Below, in pieces: positions 25,473 to 32,000 of a DNA stretch of 32,000 bases. Origin of the DNA: Candidatus Saccharimonadota bacterium (GTDB lineage: Archaea > Micrarchaeota > Micrarchaeia > Micrarchaeales > Micrarchaeaceae). The notes beneath the pieces were generated by a model that saw only the letters and a list, made by a program, of their open reading frames with translations, ran no database searches and had not been told where the DNA came from. The stretch spans positions 870,001 through 902,000 of the forward strand of contig NZ_CP019964.1 in the NCBI RefSeq assembly GCF_002214165.1. Reading direction: 5' to 3'. The translations under genes and the position numbers were made by a program. How positions within the stretch are numbered: the stretch's first letter is position 1; every line of letters starts with the position of its first letter.

Positions 25473-28400
25473 TCAAGGCATTGTGTAGTTGTTATGTACG
25501 TATGATGGTTTAGGGACTTGAGGAGGTAGCTTGCCCGTGAAATTGTTAAGCTCAAACGCCTTAAGTGGATCTGTATAGTTTACCAAGTTTGTGCCTTTCG
25601 AGTCATTTATGTAAGAATATACCTGGTGGAATCCAGGAAGCTCATTGAGGAAGAAGCCTTTGTAGAAATTCGATGTGTAGAATTGGGTAGGCGCATCTGT
25701 GATTGTGCCGTTTGGACCGTTTGGAGTATAAATCGCCATATATTCCTCAAATGGGGTTTCCACTCCGCTTATGTTTAGGTACTGTATACCTATATTGTCC
25801 TGCAGGTTTATGTATGAATTTGTAGGGGTATCGTTGCTTGTGTATAACTGTACCGCACCGTTTGAATTAGGTACTTCGCTCATGCATTCATACTGGCTAT
25901 TTATTGATTGATTTGTTATAGTATATATCCTTGCGAACTGGTTGCTGCTTGTAGAGAATGAGCAGTAATCGGATAGTGAAGGGCCTGATGAGTAGTAAGG
26001 GTCAAGGACCACATAAGGTACAAGCACATACTCTGGATCGTGCTCTATTTCACATGGCGATGTGCCTAGTACATATGGTTGGCCTGTTCCTGCAGCTGCT
26101 GCCTTCGCATACGCCTCAGAAGTCCCATTAACGTATACGCACCCTAAGAAGTCCAAAGCGCCCCATTTGTCTATTAACCCTTGATCAAAGACGGCGTATG
26201 CTGTCTGGTTCGTGTTCATCATGTTTGCCATTTCACTTGTGTTGAATCCGTACTTAGGCCCAAGCACGTAGCTTGCGGCTACAGCCTCGTCTTCAGTTGC
26301 ATTGGCATTATCTCCCCTGATTACTGCATTTGAATGCCCAAAGAAGTTTATCCAGTCACCATAATCCCACCATGAAAGTACACGAGGGGCGTTTGGGCCC
26401 ACATTTGCGGACAGCCACTTTCCAAACGAAATCCAGTAGGTTGGGACTGTATTGCAGAAGAAATCCGCACCCATTTCATTGTTGCATGCTGCTGTTGTAT
26501 TTCCCGCTGAATAATACGCTTGCGAGACTATTGCGGATGTGAAAGATGAAGATTCGCCTTGCAATAGTGAGCCTTTGAGCAGGCTCCCAGCTATAACTAT
26601 TATAAGGAACAGCCCAAGCAAAGAGTACATTGCCTTGTTCTTGTACGAGTATTTGAATATGAGAATCAAAAGCGCGATTATCGCAAGTATTGTTGATACA
26701 AAGAACAGCCCTATTATAAGAACGGAATATACGTAGGTCTTGTTTTCCTTGAATATGTCGGATAGGTTTGATATATTGATCTCCTGCTTTAGCTTGAACT
26801 TTGAAGCTATCAGGTAAAGTATTTCGCCAAGCATTATGCAGAACAGAAGTATGAACGCGATTCCAAAATGGGGAAGGTATTCGACTTCAATGAAACCTAC
26901 GTACATCAAAGGCAAAGCTACTGCCAGATAGAATACTCCGGTTTCACTCCTCCTGTAGGCTATGCTTACAAGTATAAGCAATACGGATATTGCAGATACA
27001 AGCCATACCATTATAGGGACTCCGAATATGGACGATCCCACAAGACCGAACCCAGCAGCGCCGAAATTGTACAGCAGACCTGAAGGCTCATATTCTGCCA
27101 CTGTCATGAATAAGGCAGACGATGGGCTAGTGAACTTCTTAGAAATGTCAAGTACTTTTATTATAGGCTTTCCCAAAGGCGTGAATGCCATCGCTATAAG
27201 AGCTATCACGGCAATCGCAATTATCCACTCAATATAGGCGGTCCTGTCTATTTTCTTGAAAAGTATGTTGTACTTATTCAGCAGCTTTGGTCCGTAGTCA
27301 AGCACCGCAACCAGCAGAAGCGCCAATGCCGGGCCTGAAACCGTTAAGGGTATGCCTAGTATCTTTGGCACATTAACGCTGAATGTAGCATGGTAAGGAG
27401 TGTATGCTGCAAGGAACACCGCTATCGTTATAAGCACTATTATATTCATCTTGTAGAACCCTTTTGGGATACCTTTTCTTGCAGCAAGGTCAATTATCCC
27501 TTCAAATATAATGTATACTGCCAAAACTCCCATATCAACGGTATAGTAGTGCGCGCCTAGGAACGTGAATGCAAATGCCACCCCTGCGAATATTGCGAGC
27601 CTCACGCTATTCTTGTCCTTGACCGCCAATAGATATGCCATGAAGAAGAAGAACAATGAGAATATGCCCCATGGCTCTGTAAGCTGTTGCCCTGCAGTAA
27701 ACTCTGTCACAAGAACGGGCATTGTGGCTGCAAGCGATGCACCTATAAGGGCTATGTACTTGCCGTACTCCTTGTACAGCATCATAAATATTACAAAGAC
27801 TAGAATCGCACCGACTATCGGAGGATAAAAGCTGCTTGTATACGACATCAGAGCATTGTTTAGAACAGTGTAATGAGGCCCGAGGTAATTTGCCAAGCTG
27901 TACCAGTACGCTTCAAGATAAGGGAGCAAAGGCTGCGCCCTTGTTATGACCCCCTTGGATATTGTAGGCCAAGCAAAATATGTGTACTGGGGCTGATACC
28001 CATAAGTCAACAGCGCTTCCGTGCCTATCATATAGTAGTATGGATCAAACTGGAAGAATACCGGGGCTATTACCTCGCTCTCCATCCCGATCACAAATGA
28101 CGCGATTATCAATAGTATAAGAACCTCGTATACCCAATGAGTCTTTATCTTGTCTGCAAGATTTGTCTGGTTGGATCCGTTGTTTGCCTGCTTTGGCGCG
28201 GACAGTTTTTCAAGAAGGGACATTTCTTCCTGCTTGTGGTCCAGCATCATTGTAGAGTTGCGTTCCCTGAACTCCTTCTCGAAATTTATTTTTTCTTCGC
28301 CTTCGAGCTTCTCCAATGAGTCTTCATAATGGCGCAGAGATTCGGATTCGTCGGTCTTGTGGTTCTCCACCATCTTCTTCCCTTCATCGTATGAATCAAG

Positions 28401-28766
28401 CTTTGACCTTATATCCTCGATGGATAATTGATAAAGGGATTTGTCGCTAACCTTTGGCTTTGTGAATTCACGAAGCTTTGAAAAAGAGAATACGCCTTGC
28501 CAGAAGCACAGGATTATACCTATTATTGTAAGCACTAGCGCATTTGCTTCAAACAGCCCGAGCGAGAATGTAAAGAAATGCATATAAGGTATCAGATAAG
28601 CTTCTACCCATGTCATAGTTGGAGTAGCCACCAGACCAAATACAAAACCTATTATAGATATATCTACAAGGTTGAGCTTGGTCTTTCGCAAGAGTGCAAG
28701 CGCCAAGAGCTCTCCTGGTACAAATAGAGTTATAAACGCAACAATTATAGCTAAAACCGCACTCAT
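25473..28766 (-). CDS. aglB: Archaeal oligosaccharyltransferase AglB (STT3 family) with ~200-aa N-terminal extension
   Basis: 1097-aa ORF. Catalytic WWDYG motif (LSWWDYGDWINF, about 26357-26377). First-loop FDPYYYM after the TM helix VLILLIIASFVIG. More than 13 predicted TM helices and a sequon-rich C-terminal soluble domain. AGGTG lies upstream of the ATG. Confidence 0.9.
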   Translation of the reverse strand: MSAVLAIIVAFITLFVPGELLALALLRKTKLNLVDISIIGFVFGLVATPTMTWVEAYLIPYMHFFTFSLGLFEANALVLTIIGIILCFWQGVFSFSKLREFTKPKVSDKSLYQLSIEDIRSKLDSYDEGKKMVENHKTDESESLRHYEDSLEKLEGEEKINFEKEFRERNSTMMLDHKQEEMSLLEKLSAPKQANNGSNQTNLADKIKTHWVYEVLILLIIASFVIGMESEVIAPVFFQFDPYYYMIGTEALLTYGYQPQYTYFAWPTISKGVITRAQPLLPYLEAYWYSLANYLGPHYTVLNNALMSYTSSFYPPIVGAILVFVIFMMLYKEYGKYIALIGASLAATMPVLVTEFTAGQQLTEPWGIFSLFFFFMAYLLAVKDKNSVRLAIFAGVAFAFTFLGAHYYTVDMGVLAVYIIFEGIIDLAARKGIPKGFYKMNIIVLITIAVFLAAYTPYHATFSVNVPKILGIPLTVSGPALALLLVAVLDYGPKLLNKYNILFKKIDRTAYIEWIIAIAVIALIAMAFTPLGKPIIKVLDISKKFTSPSSALFMTVAEYEPSGLLYNFGAAGFGLVGSSIFGVPIMVWLVSAISVLLILVSIAYRRSETGVFYLAVALPLMYVGFIEVEYLPHFGIAFILLFCIMLGEILYLIASKFKLKQEINISNLSDIFKENKTYVYSVLIIGLFFVSTILAIIALLILIFKYSYKNKAMYSLLGLFLIIVIAGSLLKGSLLQGESSSFTSAIVSQAYYSAGNTTAACNNEMGADFFCNTVPTYWISFGKWLSANVGPNAPRVLSWWDYGDWINFFGHSNAVIRGDNANATEDEAVAASYVLGPKYGFNTSEMANMMNTNQTAYAVFDQGLIDKWGALDFLGCVYVNGTSEAYAKAAAAGTGQPYVLGTSPCEIEHDPEYVLVPYVVLDPYYSSGPSLSDYCSFSTSSNQFARIYTITNQSINSQYECMSEVPNSNGAVQLYTSNDTPTNSYINLQDNIGIQYLNISGVETPFEEYMAIYTPNGPNGTITDAPTQFYTSNFYKGFFLNELPGFHQVYSYINDSKGTNLVNYTDPLKAFELNNFTGKLPPQVPKPSYVHNNYTMP

Positions 28767-28799
28767 AATTTAAAAACACCTAATTTTAAATGGAATTTT

Positions 28800-28819
28800 A
28801 TGCCTTTAAAGGAAGGCAT
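28800..28819 (-). other. Intercistronic hairpin between rps3 and aglB
   Basis: ATGCCTT(28800-28806)/AAGGCAT(28813-28819), 7-bp stem with a 6-nt loop. There is no adjacent oligo-T on the transcribed strand, so it is not an obvious terminator. Confidence 0.25.
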
Positions 28820-28833
28820 TGGAACTGATTCTG

Positions 28834-29598
28834 TTATTGGGCAGAATCTGAGTCTTCAACTTTTCCGGTGACCGCGCCTTCGCTTTCTGGGTTTTCAGTC
28901 TCCACTTTAGATTCTTCCTCTTTGTTCTCCTTGGCCTGCTCTGATGCTTCCGATTTTATCTCAGGCTCGCTAGTCTCTGTGCTTAATATGATATTGTTTT
29001 CCACGGACTTCTTGTTCACTTTGTCTGGGAAGATTGTTCCAGGTGGAACTATCCTTACATAAACACCTATTGCACCGTATTTTGGATAAGCTGTTGCATG
29101 GCCGGTATTTACCAAATCAGTGACCGCGCCTGCTTTTGGTATGTAACCTATGCTTTTCCTTATTACACGTGAACGGGCACCTTTTGCGGCCAACTTACCG
29201 CTTAGGACAATCTCCGCACCCATTGCCCCGTTGCTCATTATGTTCTTAAGGGTGTATTCTACGATTTTCCTTGGGTTCATAGATCTTTCAAGCTTGAATG
29301 CGAGGTCCTTTGCAACCAGCAGTGGCTCCAGCATCTTGTTGTCTACCTCTATTACACTTATCTGTGGGTTGCTTACGTTAAATTTGTTCTTTATTGCTTC
29401 TGTCAATTCGTTTATGGACTTGCCCGCCCTTCCTATAACCCTTCCTGGATTCAATACATGTACTGATATCCTTGTTATCATTGGAGTCTTCTGTATATCA
29501 ACTCTTGAAAAGCCTGCTTTGTCAAGCTCTTTTCCGAGGTACTTTGATATGTTAAGTTTTATCTCGGCGTCATCTATAAATTTATATTCCATAGTCAT
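28834..29598 (-). CDS. rps3: 30S ribosomal protein S3 (uS3)
   Basis: 254-aa ORF. KH domain RISVHVLNPGRVIGRAGKSINEL. GGTG 8 nt upstream of the ATG. Acidic ~50-aa C-terminal tail. Confidence 0.95.
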   Translation of the reverse strand: MTMEYKFIDDAEIKLNISKYLGKELDKAGFSRVDIQKTPMITRISVHVLNPGRVIGRAGKSINELTEAIKNKFNVSNPQISVIEVDNKMLEPLLVAKDLAFKLERSMNPRKIVEYTLKNIMSNGAMGAEIVLSGKLAAKGARSRVIRKSIGYIPKAGAVTDLVNTGHATAYPKYGAIGVYVRIVPPGTIFPDKVNKKSVENNIILSTETSEPEIKSEASEQAKENKEEESKVETENPESEGAVTGKVEDSDSAQ

Positions 29599-29619
29599 TG
29601 TAATGCACCAAATTAATCA

Positions 29620-30366
29620 TCAATATCTGTCATTCCCCAGATTTGTATTCTTTATAGGTTTGTTGTTCACATTTGGTTTTGTTGAATTGGCAACAGCCTT
29701 TTCATTGGAGATTTCTTTCTTCTCCTCAGCTAGTTTTGGGGTTTTTGGCTCTTTGTCCTTTGATTCATCCTTCGCCTTCTTTGATTTTGGCTTTGCCTTT
29801 TTGGATTTCTCGTTATCCGCTGGCAGCCTTTCTGAGTGCTTGCCGAAAAGGTGGATTAGGTCCTTCGCCTTTTTGCTCAATTCGATATCTTCTGGGTTCG
29901 CCACTCCTATTTCGACCTTGGCAAATTCGAGATCTGACCTCCTTAGTGAAGAGTAACCATACATTCCTCTGCCCCATGAAAGATTTCCTTTTGGGGGGGT
30001 CCTCATTATAATATCGTTCTTGTTGGCACTTGTATGTATTACGACCAACTTTGTTTCGTCAAAACCTTTGTTTATCGCGTTTGCTACTGCTGAACTTAAG
30101 ATGTTCTTCACGATCTTTGCGCACCTTTTGGGGTATCTCCCCTTATTTCCTCCAAGCTCGTGCCTTGAACCCATGCCCTTGTTGTGTTTCCTAAACCTTA
30201 TAGGCTTATCCTCGTTTATTACATCGTTAAGGACTTTTAGGGCATAAGGTATGCTTTTGTACCTTATTGATTCGCATACTGCACCCAAGTCTTTGTAGCT
30301 TGCATTAATGTCTGATCTACCTGCGAATGCGACCTTGTTTTTATCTCCATTATATGAAAAATTCAA
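29620..30366 (-). CDS. rpl22: 50S ribosomal protein L22 (uL22) with long Lys-rich C-terminal extension
   Basis: 248-aa ORF. TTG start with AGGTGA 6 nt upstream. The uL22 core (…SYKDLGAVCESIRYKSIPYALKVLNDVI…IRFRKHNKGMGSRHEL…) spans roughly the first 160 aa. The remainder is K/E/P-rich. Confidence 0.9.
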   Translation of the reverse strand: MNFSYNGDKNKVAFAGRSDINASYKDLGAVCESIRYKSIPYALKVLNDVINEDKPIRFRKHNKGMGSRHELGGNKGRYPKRCAKIVKNILSSAVANAINKGFDETKLVVIHTSANKNDIIMRTPPKGNLSWGRGMYGYSSLRRSDLEFAKVEIGVANPEDIELSKKAKDLIHLFGKHSERLPADNEKSKKAKPKSKKAKDESKDKEPKTPKLAEEKKEISNEKAVANSTKPNVNNKPIKNTNLGNDRY

Positions 30367-30377
30367 TTAAATCACCT

Positions 30378-30764
30378 TTACTTCTGGGCCAAGAACTTGC
30401 TTCCACGCGTTGCCCTTACTCCTGGAGCTGAGTGTACTACTCTTTTCGTTGTATATGCGAACTCTCCTAGTCTGTGGCCAAGCATGTTGGCAGTTATCTC
30501 TAGGTTCTGGAAGTCTTTGCCTGTATAAACGGAAAATGTCAGCCCTACCCATGAAGGTAGTATTACCGCTTCCCTTAGGTGGGTGCGGATTGGTTTGCCG
30601 TTCTTCCTGTGCTTTTTGACCTGTTCCATAATTTCCTTGAACTGCATCGAATTCCTCTTTATGAACCTTCTCTCCCTTGAATTGAGCATTTCCAAGTACT
30701 GCTCATCGGTCAAACTCTTTGCTTGTTCTGACAATAATCCTCTATAAGCTACTCTTTCTACCAA
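30378..30764 (-). CDS. rps19: 30S ribosomal protein S19 (uS19)
   Basis: 128-aa ORF. KPIRTHLREAVILPSWVGLTFSVYTGKDFQNLEITANMLGHRLGEFAYTTKRVVHSAPG. TTG start. Confidence 0.95.
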   Translation of the reverse strand: MVERVAYRGLLSEQAKSLTDEQYLEMLNSRERRFIKRNSMQFKEIMEQVKKHRKNGKPIRTHLREAVILPSWVGLTFSVYTGKDFQNLEITANMLGHRLGEFAYTTKRVVHSAPGVRATRGSKFLAQK

Positions 30765-30768
30765 TTAA

Positions 30769-31476
30769 TCACTTCTTCTTTCTTCCTGAACGCTTTGCAG
30801 CCAAATTTCCAACCTTTCTTCCTGGTGGGGCATTTCTTGATGTCAAGCTACTCTTTCCTTTGTGGTGCTGCTTTCCACCGAAAGGATGGTCAACTGGGCT
30901 CATCTTTACTCCACGGTTTACCGGCCAAAGGGCATTGATTGCATGCTTCATGTAATGGCTCTTTCCTGCTTTCATCAAAGGCTGGTCCTTCCTGCCTCCT
31001 CCTGCTATTACACCTATTTGTGCTTGGCAATTTTCGCTGAGCTCAATGTGAACTTTTGACGGCAGAGTCAATGATACCATGCCGTCTTTCCTTCCAGATA
31101 TAAATGCATATGAGCCTGCAGCTCTTACCATCTTTCCGCCGTCTCCTGGCTTAAACTCTATATTGTATATAGGCACCCCTTCAGGTATCTGTGAAAGAGG
31201 CATTATTGAACCTAATGAAAATGAATTCTCCTTGTTGAGATATATCTTGTCACCTATGCTAATCCCTTCCGGTGCTATCATATATCCAGTCTTAAAGTCT
31301 TCGTATACTATTTCCATCAGTGGGGCAGTATGCCCAGTATGGTTGAAGATATTTACAACTTCCGCTGCCTTGTCCTTTAAGCGTGGATAATTTACGCTGA
31401 TATCGAAAGTTCCTGGCAGCTTTGTATAAGCGCTGCTGCCTTTTCCTCTCCTTTGCTGCTTTAATTTTTTACCCAT
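30769..31476 (-). CDS. rpl2: 50S ribosomal protein L2 (uL2)
   Basis: MGKKLKQQRRGKGSSAY… through …HPFGGKQHHKGKSSLTSRNAPPGRKVG. I prefer the ATG at 31476 (GGTG 7 nt upstream) over the GTG at 31485 used in the ORF track. Confidence 0.95.
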   Translation of the reverse strand: MGKKLKQQRRGKGSSAYTKLPGTFDISVNYPRLKDKAAEVVNIFNHTGHTAPLMEIVYEDFKTGYMIAPEGISIGDKIYLNKENSFSLGSIMPLSQIPEGVPIYNIEFKPGDGGKMVRAAGSYAFISGRKDGMVSLTLPSKVHIELSENCQAQIGVIAGGGRKDQPLMKAGKSHYMKHAINALWPVNRGVKMSPVDHPFGGKQHHKGKSSLTSRNAPPGRKVGNLAAKRSGRKKK

Positions 31477-31493
31477 TATTAACACCTATCAAT

Positions 31494-31745
31494 TTACACC
31501 AGTTTTAGCTTCATTGCTACGTCACTGGCATTAAACTCTTTTTTAAGCTTTATAAATGCATGCTTTTTGTTCTTTGGGGTATTTATTACCCGTACTTTGT
31601 CAACTTTGACATTGAACTGTTTCTCGAATTCCTTCTTTATCTCGTATTTTGTGGAGTCCAGATCAACTACATAAGTTATCATATTGTCTTTGCTTATCTC
31701 TGTTATCGCTTTTTCTGTTCCTATTGGATACATTAATATAGACAT
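31494..31745 (-). CDS. rpl23: 50S ribosomal protein L23 (uL23)
   Basis: MSILMYPIGTEKAITEI…HAFIKLKKEFNASDVAMKLKLV. The ATG at 31745 follows the rpl4 stop and has GAGGA upstream. The longer alternative start at 31760 would overlap rpl4 by 11 nt. Confidence 0.9.
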   Translation of the reverse strand: MSILMYPIGTEKAITEISKDNMITYVVDLDSTKYEIKKEFEKQFNVKVDKVRVINTPKNKKHAFIKLKKEFNASDVAMKLKLV

Positions 31746-31749
31746 ATTA

Positions 31750-32000
31750 TCATTCCTCATCTGCTGCCATCTGCCTTCCTACATCAAACTTTGCTATTGC
31801 ATTTGGCAGGTCTTTTATGGCGCTTTCACTAAATATTGCAACTTTTATCAAATCCCCTCCTGGAGCCAATTTATTTGCAGTAAGCTTTGATACTGAAGAT
31901 ATGTCCAATCCAGGTATGTTTCTTGCTGCTGTTAATATTGGTGATTTGTCCGAAACTACAAGTAAAGCAACATGTTTGTATTTCTTTTGTGTTGACAGTC
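31750..32000 (-). CDS. rpl4: 50S ribosomal protein L4 (uL4), C-terminal part (5' end outside window)
   Basis: My own translation of the minus strand from 31998: LSTQKKYKHVALLVVSDKSPILTAARNIPGLDISSVSKLTANKLAPGGDLIKVAIFSESAIKDLPNAIAKFDVGRQMAADEE*. It carries the uL4 C-terminal pattern (ARN.PG.D......L....LAPGG). It is missing from the ORF track because the start lies beyond the window. Confidence 0.8.
   Translation of the reverse strand, partial: LSTQKKYKHVALLVVSDKSPILTAARNIPGLDISSVSKLTANKLAPGGDLIKVAIFSESAIKDLPNAIAKFDVGRQMAADEE

Noticed and set aside
29150-29956. 268-aa plus-strand ORF spanning the rps3/rpl22 boundary, and similar plus-strand ORFs at 29673..30011, 30020..30247 and 31079..31390
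   Set aside because: They lie antisense to conserved ribosomal protein genes and have a Leu/Ser/Phe-rich shadow composition.

Overview
Compact, AT-rich archaeal chromosomal segment. Evidence for Archaea: RadA, AglB/STT3, a TBP-domain protein, geranylgeranyl reductase, the gene order L4-L23-L2-S19-L22-S3, a class III prepilin-like signal peptide, and a BHB tRNA intron. Coding density is high, AGGTG-type Shine-Dalgarno motifs sit 6-9 nt upstream of many starts, and TTG/GTG starts are common. The combination of gyrase, a non-canonical tRNA intron and heavily sequon-rich surface proteins suggests a small-genome acidophile-type lineage (Micrarchaeota/ARMAN-like DPANN or Thermoplasmata-related). 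That placement is inference only. Housekeeping genes: FtsY (3' end), RNase HII, FtsZ, RadA, GyrB-GyrA, a GGR-family reductase, DUF92, and six ribosomal proteins. Items worth follow-up: (1) a 1777-codon gene whose product starts with a type IV prepilin-like signal and carries 17 InlB-B-repeat-like modules plus two copies of an unrecognised ECYWTGG module; (2) an exact 535-bp tandem duplication of that gene's 3' end, which frameshifts the ORF and abuts a tRNA gene; (3) tRNA-Arg(UCG) with a 33-nt intron in the T loop (59/60) and a hand-foldable BHB motif; (4) a stand-alone single-repeat (half) TBP with a lysine-rich tail; (5) an unusually long AglB plus a sequon-rich membrane protein placed directly after rps3, where the ribosomal cluster normally continues; (6) a promoter-hairpin-hairpin-oligoT unit upstream of radA that may be a small RNA. 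I saw no CRISPR array, transposase, integrase or recognisable defence system.
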